Shown here: piece after piece, positions 8,233-18,058 of the stretch
Numbering within the stretch: the stretch's first letter is position 1
Layout of the letters: every line of letters starts with the position of its first letter
Program-made: the position numbers and the translations under genes
Notes under the pieces: model-generated
What the model saw: the letters and a program-made list of their open reading frames with translations, nothing else
What the model was told of the DNA's origin: nothing
Database searches by the model: none
DNA from: an uncultured Chloroflexia bacterium
Lineage (GTDB): Bacteria; Chloroflexota; Anaerolineae; Anaerolineales; Anaerolineaceae
Direction of reading: 5' to 3'
NCBI GenBank assembly: GCA_963704755.1
Contig: OY969938.1
Span: 2,010,001 to 2,042,000, forward strand
Length of the DNA: 32,000 nt

Positions 8233-9835
8233 CTAATCTGTAGCATAGCTGGCACACTGCTCCATCACCCCATTAATCGTGACCATGTCGATGCCGTTCT
8301 GGCGGGTGACCGCAAATTGAGCCAGGGTCGCCTGGTTGGCCGTCAGCCATTGGCGAGCCTGCTGCCGGCCGAAATTGAATCCCTGCCAGGGAACGCTAGC
8401 GGCGATCTGGTCCAAATTGGCTTGCTGGCAGGCCAGGTTGGCGCCTAACTCCTGCCGGACCGCATCGGGCAGCCCGGCGCGTTGGAACCAGGCGACTTCC
8501 TCCGGGATCGAGTTCAGGCGAAAGCTGGTAAAGGTAACCCCGGTCAAAGTCTTCGCCCTGGATGGCGCGCTGCACGTTCAGGCGGACGATCAGCGCGTCC
8601 ACGTTCAAGATCGGAAAGGTCAGGCAAAAGCCAACCGTGACCGCCAGGGCCGCCAGGGCAAAGCGTCCGCTGTGCCGGGCAGCCTCCAATATTGCGGTCA
8701 CGATCAGCAGAACCGCCAGCCAGGGGATGAAGAATAAAGTATAGACCCGCAAGCGGGTGAACCCGTAAGCCTGTTCATACAGAACCAGGCGCTGCATGGC
8801 CGAGGCCAGGATGACCAGCACCAGCAGGATCAAGGCCAGCGCCAACCCGCGGAACCCCCACTGCCGGAAAGCGTTTTCGCGCCGGGTAATTGCACCCAGG
8901 GCCAGGTATAGTCCCAGGCTGATCATCGCCACCGCCACCAGTTCCCCGAACCCGCGCCGGGCGTAATCGGCATAGGTATAGCCGGCTGCGCTGATATTGG
9001 CCTGCCCGCCAAACAGATAGCGAAATTGGATCACCACGAAGATGATGAAGAGCAGGTCCACGCAGGCCAGCACGATTCCGGCCTCGGTAAATCCCAGGAA
9101 AGGCTTGAATGGCGCTTGATCCGGGTCGGGTCGCTGCGCCACGTTCTTGGGCAGCAGCGCGTGCAGCAGCACACCGGTAAACAGAAACGCCAACACCAGG
9201 ATGTAGATCCCCCGGAAAAGGTACTCCGGTAAGCGCTCCAGGCTGATCTGCCCGAAGAATCCGGATAAATCATCACTGAAGATCGGGTCCGCCGAGGCCA
9301 GCAGGCCCGCCAGGACGGCCACTACCGGCAGTGCCAGCAGCAGCCCTACCAGCACAGGTCGGATCGTCTTCCAGGCGGAGCCGGCCTGGGAGCTGACCCT
9401 TCCGGAGGCGCCTTCGCTGCTCTCGCCGGTTGGGTTGGTCAACCGGGATTGGAACGGCCGTGAAACGGCCGCAAACAACACACCCAATATCGCAGAAATG
9501 TAATTCCATAACCGGAAACGGGTCCAATAGCCGCTGCGGAATGTGCCGGCCAGCAGTAAAGTCAGCCCCAAGGCAGCCAGGACAGAGATCGTCACGGTGA
9601 AGGGCTCGCTTCGCAGCGCAGGTACGGCTCCAAACACCAGTACCGCCCCGGCCAAAAGGTAGCTCGGCCAGGCGGCCCGGATTCCCTCCAGGCGTGCGAC
9701 CAGAAAGCCACCACCCAGCAGAACCAGCAGCCATACCCCCAGCGAAATGCCAATTGATTTTTTAAAGAACAAAAAATCAACGGCCCAGGCAGCCACGAGC
9801 GCTGCCAGCCAATAACGGCTATACTTATGCGGCAT
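8233..9835 (-). pseudogene. DUF4153/DUF4173-like polytopic membrane protein, reading frame interrupted by a 1-nt frameshift (or sequencing error)
   Basis: Track ORFs 8396..9835 and 8233..8547 overlap in different frames, and the total span of 1603 nt is 3n+1. After ...FDRGYLYQLS the upstream frame turns into Arg/Pro/Gly-rich out-of-frame-like sequence. The other frame continues with normal composition: LNSIPEEVAWFQRAGLPDAVRQELG... The family call is from recollection only. Confidence 0.6.
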
Positions 9836-9923
9836 AAAAGAAATCTCTTCGATAATTGGATGGGACCGGCGATCAGCCGCAGTTGTGAATGATATCTATT
9901 TTTGGAAAGCTGCCGAAAGCCGG

Positions 9924-10064
9924 TTACAAAGATGAAACGACGGCTGCAACCATCGCCAGGATGATGATGAGCGACAGGATGATAAAAACGATGCGTTGAA
10001 CCTGTTTCTGGCGTTGTTCAAAAGTAGGGTGTGAGCGGGACTTCTTTTTTTCCTTGGATGCCAT
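9924..10064 (-). CDS. small (46 aa) tail-anchored membrane protein, hypothetical
   Basis: Below the ORF-track cutoff. The minus strand reads GGAGGTAAGA-ATG, a strong SD with a 4-nt spacer. Translation: MASKEKKKSRSHPTFEQRQKQVQRIVFIILSLIIILAMVAAVVSSL, TAA stop. It has a Lys-rich N-terminus and one TM. It lies 88 nt upstream of, and co-directional with, the DUF4153-like gene. Confidence 0.5.
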   Translation of the reverse strand: MASKEKKKSRSHPTFEQRQKQVQRIVFIILSLIIILAMVAAVVSSL

Positions 10065-10256
10065 TCTTACCTCCGATATCCGCCCCGATTGTACCCTCAA
10101 TCGATCCAGCCTGCAACGGGTTTCAACCCGCGCTCCGCCGTCATCCCGTAATCATAGGTGCGGGATGCTCTCAAAAGCTACGCGTTTGCTATCAAAAGCT
10201 ATCGCTAATGGTTCGGGAAGGGATGAGCGGATGAGGTAATGAGGCAAGGAGGGAGA

Positions 10257-10545
10257 AGGGCTTAATTCCTCCTCTAAAATCCGCATTTTGGCTGCTGAGA
10301 AAGGGCCGGGGTGAGGGCAATCTTTAGGCTTGCCGGGCAGAATCCTCGCTTAGGAATCGGCTCTTGCCAAAAAGGAGACCCACGCAGGTGGGTCTTTGCG
10401 TGATCATAGGTGCAGCTTCAGCCGCCGTAGGCGAGGTCGAAACCCGGTTTCCTACCACGGAGATTCTTGGGCCAAGCGTTTTCCCGGCTTGGAAAGCCGG
10501 GCTACGGTAAAGCCGGGTTTTCAACCCGTATATGGCGGGAGGGCA
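10257..10545 (-). repeat. inverted copy of the ~200-250 bp mosaic stem-loop repeat (family c)
   Basis: The reverse complement of 10321..10530 aligns module by module with 31799..32000. The shared modules are AAACCCGGCTTTACCGTAGCCCGGCTTTC.AAGCCGGG, GGTAGGAAACCG, GGCGGCTGAAGC.GC, AAAGACCCACCTGCGTGGGTCTCC and CCCGGCAAGC. The GCCCTCACCCCGGCCC module seen at 31653 follows it. Confidence 0.85.
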
Positions 10546-10549
10546 GGAA

Positions 10550-11884
10550 CTAGGTGACTGCCCAAACGTTGGACGACGCCTTAGGGAAGAGCACATCCAG
10601 CAGGGCGTGCAGCTCCCAGGCGGCGGTGAGGTCGGTGTATTGACTGCGCAATTCTTCCAGGCTGCGGTACTGGAAGAGCAATTGTAAGAACGTCAGGTCA
10701 GGAAAATGGGCCTGGTACTGGTCCCAATACAGGCGTACCGGCTCGATCTGGCTGATTTTTCCCTTATCCAGCACCAGGCGCAAACCGTGACGGTAAAAGC
10801 CGATCTTATACTCCCCACTGTGACCCGCGCAGGCCGATGCGGCCAGGCGCTGTTCGAGCACCGGGCGGATCAGTTTCAAAAAGCCGCACACATCTGCTAC
10901 GCGCATGTAATACGCATAGGGCCGTAAAGCCGTTGCCAGGTTGGGATTGATCGCGCAGTAGGCCGGGTGCTGGCTGCCCAGGCGGATGTTGAGCATCTGG
11001 CAGCGGTTCTTTTCGCCGCTGCGCGCCTGACCCAGGGCCCACAGCCAGCGCAAGACGGCCGGCGTGACCTGAAGGTAAGAAACCCCCGCCTTTAATTCGT
11101 AAAAGGTCAGCGCCTGGGTATTCTTCCACAAGAAAGCCGGCACTCCCAGGAACCCCAGCGTTGCCCCACCGGAATCCAGAATAGCGTAGAACTGTACCCG
11201 GTCGAAGTTTTCGGCCGATTTGCCGCGCAGCTCATAGTTCCAGCCTGCGGCGTCGCGCAGACAGGCCAACGGATCCCGCCGGGTAATCTGGTCCGCGCAG
11301 GCCATCAGTTCCGGCAGGTCACCCGGCCCAAGCGGGCGGAAGGAATAGAGCTCCTTCTGTTCGGCCTTAAGCGGAAGGATCATATTTTCGCCTACGCTGC
11401 GACTGGCCCCCAACTCTAAAGCCATTTCGTAACCAAACTGGCGATAGTAATAGGGAATCCCGGTTATGACCTGCACCACCTGGCCGCGCCGGAGACTCCA
11501 TTCGTGGACCACCTCAAACTGGCGGCGGATCAGCCCGCGGCCGCGATATTCCGGGTCGGTGCCGACCAGTTCCGGGCGGCCTACTCCAAACGGAACCCCG
11601 CCGTACGACCAGGTTTGCGAGATCAAGCATAGCGTGGAAAGGATTTTGCCTGTATGGCGCTCGACGACAACGGTAAAATCGGCCGGGCCGGTCGTCGGGT
11701 GCCGGCCATTCATCAGGTCACGCGTCAAGGCGGCCACACCGGCCGCGTCCTGCGGGTCCACCCCGTGGATGCGGCCATTGAACTCGGCCAGGGCGTCGGC
11801 ATCTTCAGGCAGGCCGGCGCGCAGAACCAGGTCGCCTTGCAGGTCAACAGGCAGGTGGAGCGAAGTCAATTCCTGAGCAGCCAT
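10550..11884 (-). CDS. GNAT family N-acetyltransferase with long C-terminal extension (Eis-like architecture)
   Basis: 444-aa ORF. The acetyl-CoA motif A context is LVGTDPEYRGRGLIRRQFEVVHEW. The N-terminal LRAGLPEDADALAEFNGRIHG is typical of GNAT starts. TAG stop. Confidence 0.75.
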   Translation of the reverse strand: MAAQELTSLHLPVDLQGDLVLRAGLPEDADALAEFNGRIHGVDPQDAAGVAALTRDLMNGRHPTTGPADFTVVVERHTGKILSTLCLISQTWSYGGVPFGVGRPELVGTDPEYRGRGLIRRQFEVVHEWSLRRGQVVQVITGIPYYYRQFGYEMALELGASRSVGENMILPLKAEQKELYSFRPLGPGDLPELMACADQITRRDPLACLRDAAGWNYELRGKSAENFDRVQFYAILDSGGATLGFLGVPAFLWKNTQALTFYELKAGVSYLQVTPAVLRWLWALGQARSGEKNRCQMLNIRLGSQHPAYCAINPNLATALRPYAYYMRVADVCGFLKLIRPVLEQRLAASACAGHSGEYKIGFYRHGLRLVLDKGKISQIEPVRLYWDQYQAHFPDLTFLQLLFQYRSLEELRSQYTDLTAAWELHALLDVLFPKASSNVWAVT

Positions 11885-11994
11885 AAAAAACCTTTCCGAA
11901 AGGTCTGCGGATCCGAGGGGAAAATTCTTGCAACAATCTAACAGAGCCTGATGATCTTGCTATAAAGCCTTGTGTTGCAATCCAGGCCATAATT

Positions 11995-12020
11995 TAAAAA
12001 AAGCCCGGTTTGACCCGGGC
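11995..12020 (-). terminator. rho-independent terminator downstream of the FmdB-like gene
   Basis: The minus strand reads GCCCGG-GTCAAA-CCGGGC followed by TTTTTTTT (plus-strand A-run at 11995..12002). It lies 61 nt after the stop at 12081. Confidence 0.7.
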
Positions 12021-12080
12021 CCTAAGAACTACCCTGAACCAGGGCGTCCAGCCAACCACTCCGGCCAGGCCGGCAGCGGA

Positions 12081-12383
12081 TTAATCCTGCTTTGTTTCGG
12101 CGGGCTTAGCAGCCCCTTCTGTTTTACTGGTGCTGCTTTCCGAGGTTTCACTAGAGGATTTTGATTCGCTATGACTGGAATGACCTTGGGGCGCACCGGA
12201 TGGAGAACGGTTGTCAGTGGCGTAAAAACCCGAACCTTTAAAGACGATCCCCACCGGGGTATACACCTTCCGTAAAGATTTTTTCCCGCACTCCGGACAA
12301 ACGGTCAACGGAGAATCACTAAATTTTTGAGTCCGCTCGAACTGGACTCCGCAATTTTCGCACCGATAGGTATAAACCGGCAT
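12081..12383 (-). CDS. FmdB-family putative regulatory zinc-ribbon protein
   Basis: The start is taken at ATG 12383 with SD GGAAGTAAGA-ATG. MPVYTYRCENCGVQFERTQKFSDSPLTVCPECGKKSLRKVYTP is the canonical FmdB CxxC...CPxCG ribbon. A Ser/Glu-rich tail follows. The upstream 24 codons of the track ORF are unsupported. Confidence 0.85.
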   Translation of the reverse strand: MPVYTYRCENCGVQFERTQKFSDSPLTVCPECGKKSLRKVYTPVGIVFKGSGFYATDNRSPSGAPQGHSSHSESKSSSETSESSTSKTEGAAKPAETKQD

Positions 12384-12484
12384 TCTTACTTCCTTCTCTG
12401 TGTATTTACAATACTCACAGTCTTTTATTTTACGCCGGTTTAAGTGGAAGTGCAAGAGATATTTTTTGGCTCAACGGGAAGGAT

Positions 12485-14527
12485 TTAGCGGGAAGCCTCC
12501 ACCTCACTGCCTAACAGTTGGCTGACCCGATCGTAGGCAAGATCCTTAGCAGATCCACCGGGATAGACCCTGAAACGCTCCCATTGGCTGTTCAGGAAAG
12601 GTGCCACGTCGGGGCTCATCGCGTTTGCCTGTTTAGTCGTCTCCAGGGCCTCCTGCCAGTGCCCGGTGGCTGCATTGGCTTCCATCAAAGGCAGCCATTC
12701 GACCGGGTTTGCGGGCTTGACATGCTCCAGCTTGGCCTGGTCCATGATGTTAATGACGCCGGCCCAATCCCGATTCTGGCGAGCCAGGTCCGCTTTTTCG
12801 AAGAAATAACACCAGGTGGGGGCCGGCTCGGACCCAAAGACCTGGGGATCGGGCGTTTGGCCCGAAGTTGGCAGAATCTGGCTGGTATTCGATACATCCA
12901 ACAGGTCCTGTTCACTCGGGGTAAGCAGGGGTGCCTGCTCGTAAGGGGCATCCAGGAGCAGCAAACAGCCCGAAGAGGGATGGTACGAAAAAGCAATCGC
13001 GTCCGAGGTGCTCCCGGAGAATTGGACATTGCGGAACTGAGTGTCGACCGAATGGCCAGGCTCCATCGCATAAATCGAATAACCCACATCGCGCGGAGTG
13101 AAGAACCAGGTATCGGCCTGGAGTGAATTCCCCGAACCGGCGTAAAGTGTGTTCAGCGCAAAAGCGGTCTGGTAATCACTCAACATACCGCTGGGGATTT
13201 GGGCCGAAATTACCGCCGTGTCCTTTTCCAGGGCCGGCGCACGCCAGTAGAGCTGCCAGTAGAACGAGCGCTGGTTATCCCAATCCAGGCGGAATTTATT
13301 GGACGCGCGAATTTGGGCCGATACCGAAAGGCCCAACAATAAAGCCAGAAAAACCGCTTTTTGGCGCTGGGTCCGCAAGAGGGTATCCACCGCCCACACC
13401 GTCAGGATGACCGCCCCCAGCATGGGCGCCAGCGCAAAGCGATCCGACCATTTACCATCGATGATCTGGCGTGAGATGAGCCAGACCGGCAAACCGCCGG
13501 AGAAAAGCGCCACCAGGCCTAATATAAATGCCTGTTTTCTGAAGGGTGTGGGTTGTTCGTCGTTCGCTTTTCTCGACCTCAGGTAAAGTGCAAACAAAAC
13601 ACCCACTGCCAGACCGACCGCCCACGAAAACAAGGTGGCCAGGGCATTGAGCTCGATCGAATCAGGCTGGACCAGGTTCGCCCAGTTGAAGACCAGCAGG
13701 TAGATCGCATCCTGGAGCGCATGGGTGACGATGGTTCGCAGACCTTCCAGGGGCGATTTCAGGATCTCATTCAACAGGATGAGAGTGTTCGGGCCGCCGC
13801 CTTTTTCGGTAAAATTAGCAGCATAAATACCAAAACGCCAGACGGCAAAGGCCGCCAATGCGGCCAGGTAAGGCAGCCAGCATTTGAAGACCCGCTCGGC
13901 CGTTTTGCGGAGCGGTTCACCTGGCTTTCTGAGCAGCAGCCAGAGGATGACCGGCCGCAGGGCTTCCAGGCCGACGAAATATTCCATGGTGAAAATATGG
14001 ACCAGACAGGTGAAGACCGACAGGCCGATAAATAGCCCGCGCCATCGCTGTACTTTGACCGCCAGGACCATCAAGTAAAGCGAGAGGGCAAAAAACGCAA
14101 AAGTTATAAAATGCTGGTCAAAAGCGACGGCCACATTTTGCAGCGTAAAGGTCGGAAAAACCAGCAAGAGCGCGCTGATCCAGCGCAACTGAACGACCTG
14201 GTTCGGCCAGATCGCCTTCATCACCTGGTACAGGCACATCACCCCGGCCCAACGCATGGCCAGGCTGAGGAGCTGCCAGAGCACCGGGTTCATCCCCAGA
14301 ACAGGGAAAGTCAGGGCATAGGTCCAGGCGGAGAAGGGACGGTCGTAAGCAAAATAGGACCAGATCGCCTGGGGCTGGGGAATGGTGTGCAAGAATACTG
14401 CCTGCCAGTCATCCCAATAGAAACCCAGGTGGGTAATTTGAATTTCGTAGGCAATAAATCCGAGCAGGAAGAGAGCAACTGGAAAAATCCAAGGTAAAGA
14501 CAACAAACGTCTAATACGTTCTTTCAT
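12485..14527 (-). CDS. large polytopic membrane protein, possible GT-C-fold glycosyltransferase (ArnT/PMT-like), with soluble C-terminal domain
   Basis: 680-aa ORF with SD GGAGAAGTA-ATG and more than 10 hydrophobic helices. An acidic motif sits just after TM1 (HLGFYWDDWQ), as in GT-C enzymes. The ~230-aa C-terminal region is non-membrane. The function is inferred from architecture and the neighbouring DegT-like gene only. Confidence 0.4.
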   Translation of the reverse strand: MKERIRRLLSLPWIFPVALFLLGFIAYEIQITHLGFYWDDWQAVFLHTIPQPQAIWSYFAYDRPFSAWTYALTFPVLGMNPVLWQLLSLAMRWAGVMCLYQVMKAIWPNQVVQLRWISALLLVFPTFTLQNVAVAFDQHFITFAFFALSLYLMVLAVKVQRWRGLFIGLSVFTCLVHIFTMEYFVGLEALRPVILWLLLRKPGEPLRKTAERVFKCWLPYLAALAAFAVWRFGIYAANFTEKGGGPNTLILLNEILKSPLEGLRTIVTHALQDAIYLLVFNWANLVQPDSIELNALATLFSWAVGLAVGVLFALYLRSRKANDEQPTPFRKQAFILGLVALFSGGLPVWLISRQIIDGKWSDRFALAPMLGAVILTVWAVDTLLRTQRQKAVFLALLLGLSVSAQIRASNKFRLDWDNQRSFYWQLYWRAPALEKDTAVISAQIPSGMLSDYQTAFALNTLYAGSGNSLQADTWFFTPRDVGYSIYAMEPGHSVDTQFRNVQFSGSTSDAIAFSYHPSSGCLLLLDAPYEQAPLLTPSEQDLLDVSNTSQILPTSGQTPDPQVFGSEPAPTWCYFFEKADLARQNRDWAGVINIMDQAKLEHVKPANPVEWLPLMEANAATGHWQEALETTKQANAMSPDVAPFLNSQWERFRVYPGGSAKDLAYDRVSQLLGSEVEASR

Positions 14528-14700
14528 TACTTCTCCGTTTACAATTCCTTGGGATTGGGGGGGACGATGCTGCCAAAGAGGGAAACGTTTGATGCACGCT
14601 TCGAGTCCCAGGAAAAGTGTGATGGTACTACTTGGGCAGTGTCCCTATTTTACTATGCTTAACCGAAGTGGTACACCTGCCCTACCTCCGGCCCTGCCGC

Positions 14701-15789
14701 TCAAAGGGATGGAGAGAAATAGGTTCCGGCTTTTACCGTTTCGATCCCCCTGACCAAGTTCAAAGCCAGATAATCCAACTGCTTGCGCGAGGTGCGCTGG
14801 TCGATCACCAGGGTCAGCATGCGGCCGGCCATGGCCACTGCCCGGTGGTTGGCCTGCATGCGCGCATCGGCGCTAATTGCATCCCAATGGATGGTCAACC
14901 CGATGCCGGCTTCGCCCAGCTCATCGTTTACCGCATCGCGGGAGACGCTGTTGAAATAGACCGGCAGCCCCAGGGGCAGATTGTCCTCTTGCAGGGCCGG
15001 GTAAATGACGCTGACCCCGGGGATGGCCGTAACCTGCGCCAGTAAGTATCGATAGTTTTCCCGGCGCGCCCGCTGAATACCTGGCCAGTCCAATCCCTCG
15101 ATGGACGTTCGCTCCTGTGAATCGCCCAAGACGGCCCAATCTTCCTCGTAATAGCGCTCGGCCCGGTCGAACAGGCCGGCCAGGCTGCGATGACTGCCTA
15201 CCTCTTCGACCAGGTAGCGGTACAACCCGGTTCGATAAGCCCGGATGACCTTCAGGCGCCGGTTCGGCCGGCTGCTGTATTTAGCCAGATATGGCGCCAG
15301 GTCGTAGGGCGTTCTCAGGTAGCCGCCGTCGTAGGGGACCAGCTTACGCAGGCTGTTGAAGACAAAATCGCCAATCGTATGGACGGGAAAACCGGCCTGG
15401 GCGTTATCTTCGATCACATAGCGGCCGCTTTCGCGCAGTTCCGCCAGCAGTTCACAGGTTTGGGGTGCCTGCCTAAAGCCGAAATAATTGATGAAATAGA
15501 CCGCCCGATAGTCCTCGGCCTTCTTCGCCAGGTCGTCCAGGTCGATGGAAAGGTCTTCGTTGACCTGGTAAAAGTTGTAGTCCAGGCCGCAATGATCGAA
15601 AGCGTCCAGGATCGAGGGGCATAGGTAGGCCGGCAGCAGAATTTTGCCCACACCGTGATCGCGCAGGTAGTCGGCGATCACCAGCAGGCAGGCCTTGCCC
15701 CCGTTGAGGAAAACCATGCCCCCGGTCGAGAGGGTGGAGGTTTGCGCCGTCCATTCGCCGTCATAATAGAACTCACCGCCCACGAACAT
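14701..15789 (-). CDS. DegT/DnrJ/EryC1/StrS-like PLP-dependent enzyme (sugar aminotransferase fold)
   Basis: 362-aa ORF with SD AGAGGAAG. VIEDNAQAGF resembles the IEDAAQA motif. FNSLRKLVP resembles the SxxK PLP-lysine motif. KILLPAYLCPSILDAF resembles the family N-terminal region. Confidence 0.55.
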   Translation of the reverse strand: MFVGGEFYYDGEWTAQTSTLSTGGMVFLNGGKACLLVIADYLRDHGVGKILLPAYLCPSILDAFDHCGLDYNFYQVNEDLSIDLDDLAKKAEDYRAVYFINYFGFRQAPQTCELLAELRESGRYVIEDNAQAGFPVHTIGDFVFNSLRKLVPYDGGYLRTPYDLAPYLAKYSSRPNRRLKVIRAYRTGLYRYLVEEVGSHRSLAGLFDRAERYYEEDWAVLGDSQERTSIEGLDWPGIQRARRENYRYLLAQVTAIPGVSVIYPALQEDNLPLGLPVYFNSVSRDAVNDELGEAGIGLTIHWDAISADARMQANHRAVAMAGRMLTLVIDQRTSRKQLDYLALNLVRGIETVKAGTYFSPSL

Positions 15790-15822
15790 AGAACTGCTTC
15801 CTCTTTACTGCCGGCTAAAGCA

Positions 15823-15854
15823 GAAAAAACACCGGGGGCAAATCACCCCCGGTG
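15823..15854 (-). terminator. rho-independent terminator of the V/A-ATPase operon
   Basis: The minus strand reads CACCGGGGG-TGATTTG-CCCCCGGTG followed by TTTTTTCTG. This is a 9-bp GC-rich stem at 15830..15854. It lies 71 nt after the atpD stop at 15925. Confidence 0.8.
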
Positions 15855-15924
15855 CGATTAACAAGATTGGATTGCGCTTCCCCGTCCCATGGCCGTTGAA
15901 ACAATCCAGGCCCGCTGCCCAGGC

Positions 15925-16644
15925 TTATAACTCTGGCTCGTACCCGCCTTTTTGGCCCATGATGTCGCGGTAGGGCTGGTCGAACTCATTGGGAAGCAGC
16001 TCCGGTTCAGCGGAGAGTTTATTCTTTTTGCCGGCCCGGTTCTTGAGCAGCTTCAGGCGGAATGTTTCTTCACGTTCGCGCTCTTCCAATGTACTTTGGA
16101 TAAAAGAAACTGTAGCTTTATAGTCCGGGATAAAGATATATTGCAGAGCGTTCACCCGGCGCTAAGTCTTGCGCAGCTCGCCGGCCAGGCGCCATACCGA
16201 GGTTTGCAGCATACACAGTTCCGGCATCAATTCAAGCACTTCCCGGAAGGCAATACTGGCTTCGTCCAGGGTAGCCGACGTGTCACCCAGGCTGTAGGAC
16301 ATTTCCGGAGGGCTGCCGTCCGGCTCGATCACAGGCAACCCCACCCCCATGACCCCCCGGAATTTTAGCTGCACCTCCACAGTCTTAAACGCCGCCAGCG
16401 CTGCCCATTCCACCCGTTCGCGGCCCATGGTCAACTGGGCCCTCCCCAGGGCTTTATAAGCTTCCAGGATCTTTGATTCGAGCTTTTTTTGCAGCTCTTC
16501 CGCGTCGTGAGCCATGCGAATCAACTCGGTGGTCAGCACTTCGCGTTTGCGATCCAGGATCTCGTAACCTTCTTGCGCAAAAGCAAGGTCTTGCTTGATG
16601 CGAATCAGGTTACTGCGCGTCGGGGGGATACTAATGTTAGGCAT
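15925..16644 (-). pseudogene. atpD: V/A-type ATPase subunit D interrupted by an in-frame TAG
   Basis: Track ORFs 16162..16644 and 15925..16155 are in the same frame. The minus strand reads ...CTG CGC AAG ACT TAG CGC CGG GTG AAC GCT CTG CAA, which is LRKT*RRVNALQ. The stop therefore falls inside the conserved KTxRRVNAL motif. The N-terminus [20 protein letters not shown] and the C-terminus [30 protein letters not shown] are typical of subunit D. Confidence 0.8.
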
Positions 16645-18058
16645 TTTCTTCCTGGTAATACTTGTTGATCTCGTCCATCGAGACGCGAGTCAGCTCTTCT
16701 TTGGGCAGCATGGTCAACAAGCGCCAGCCGATATCCAAAGTCTGTTGGATGGTGCGGTTCTCATTGACACCCTGGTTGATGTACTCGCTCTCGAAAGCCT
16801 TGCCGAACTTCAGGTACTGCTGGTCGATGGCCGCCAATTCTTCTTCGCCAATGACCGATGCCAGCGAACGCACATCCTGGACGTGGGCATAAGCCGCGTA
16901 CAACTGTGCAGAAACGTGACTGTGATCGTCGCGGGTCCGTCCGGCACCGATACCGTCTTTCATCAAACGGGAAAGGCTGGGCAGCACCGAGATGGGCGGA
17001 TAAATGCCCTGGTAGTTGAGGTTACGGCCCAACACGATCTGGCCTTCGGTGATATACCCGGTCAGATCTGGCACCGGGTGAGTGATGTCGTCGTTCGGCA
17101 TGGTCAGGATCGGGATCTGCGTGATGGACCCTTCACTGGTCTTGATCCGGCCGGTGCGTTCGTACAATGAAGCCAGGTCGGAGTACAGGTAACCCGGGTA
17201 CCCCTTGCGGCTGGGCACCTCACCGCGGATGTTCGAGATCTGGCGCAGGGCTTCACAGTAGTTGGTCATATCGGTGAAAACCACCAGGACGTGCATCTGG
17301 CGTTCGAATGCCAGGTATTCTGCCAGGGTCAAAGCCGCGCGCGGGGTGACGATACGCTCCACCGGCGGGTCATCGGCCAGGTTCAAGAACATGGCCACCC
17401 GGTTGAGGGCGCCGCTTTCTTCGAACGATTGGCGAAAGTATGACGCAACGTCATGCTTGACACCCATAGCCGCGAACACAATCACGAACTGCTCGGCATC
17501 CGAGCGGGTCTTCCCGGCCGGGGCTCCCAGGGTGGCCTGGCGGACAATCTGGGCAGCTAACTGGTCGTGAGGCAGGCCGGCGCCAGAAAAAATAGGCAGC
17601 TTCTGGCCCATAACCAGGGTGTTCATCCCATCGATGGCCGAAATACCGGTTTGGATGTAATCGCGTGGGTAAACCCGCGCCGTGGGGTTGATCGGCTGCC
17701 CGTTGATGTCGGCATAACGGTCGGTCAATGGCTGTGGCCCGCCGTCGATCGGCGTGCCCAGGCCATCGAATACACGGCCGAGCATTTCTTCAGTCACCGG
17801 CATGTGCAGGGGTGTGCCGGTAAATCTTACGCGTGTCCCGTCGATGGATAGGCCGGTCGTCCCGGCGAAAACCTCCACGACAGCCATATCCTCGCCGGTT
17901 TCCAATACACGGCCGCGGCGTACACGGCCCTGTACATCGACCACTTCAACCACGTCATCGTAGCCAATGCTGCCGGCGTTTTTTACCACCACAATCGGGC
18001 CTTCGATTTCGCTTACGCCTTTGACTTCTTGTCCACCAAGACCGGCTAATTCGCTCAT
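16637..18058 (-). CDS. atpB: V/A-type ATPase subunit B
   Basis: 473-aa ORF with strong family resemblance: [34 protein letters not shown]-like [44 protein letters not shown]. Its ATG overlaps the atpA stop (ATGA). Its 3' end overlaps the atpD start by 8 nt. Confidence 0.95.
   Translation of the reverse strand: MSELAGLGGQEVKGVSEIEGPIVVVKNAGSIGYDDVVEVVDVQGRVRRGRVLETGEDMAVVEVFAGTTGLSIDGTRVRFTGTPLHMPVTEEMLGRVFDGLGTPIDGGPQPLTDRYADINGQPINPTARVYPRDYIQTGISAIDGMNTLVMGQKLPIFSGAGLPHDQLAAQIVRQATLGAPAGKTRSDAEQFVIVFAAMGVKHDVASYFRQSFEESGALNRVAMFLNLADDPPVERIVTPRAALTLAEYLAFERQMHVLVVFTDMTNYCEALRQISNIRGEVPSRKGYPGYLYSDLASLYERTGRIKTSEGSITQIPILTMPNDDITHPVPDLTGYITEGQIVLGRNLNYQGIYPPISVLPSLSRLMKDGIGAGRTRDDHSHVSAQLYAAYAHVQDVRSLASVIGEEELAAIDQQYLKFGKAFESEYINQGVNENRTIQQTLDIGWRLLTMLPKEELTRVSMDEINKYYQEENA

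Noticed and set aside
10324-10596. ORFs lying in repeat DNA: 10324..10596, 31140..31607, 7735..7974, 2765..3196 and 25857..26165
   Set aside because: They translate the mosaic, CACGGAG or GTAGGGTG repeats, or run antisense to the flavin reductase. The same peptides would recur wherever the repeats occur, which marks them as non-coding repeats.
16162-16164. TAG reassignment or pyrrolysine-type recoding as the explanation for the in-frame TAG in atpD
   Set aside because: TAG also appears to terminate at least three other genes in the window: the GNAT gene at 10550, the DUF4153 C-terminus at 8233 and repaired atpF at 20491. No pyl genes or recoding signals are visible.
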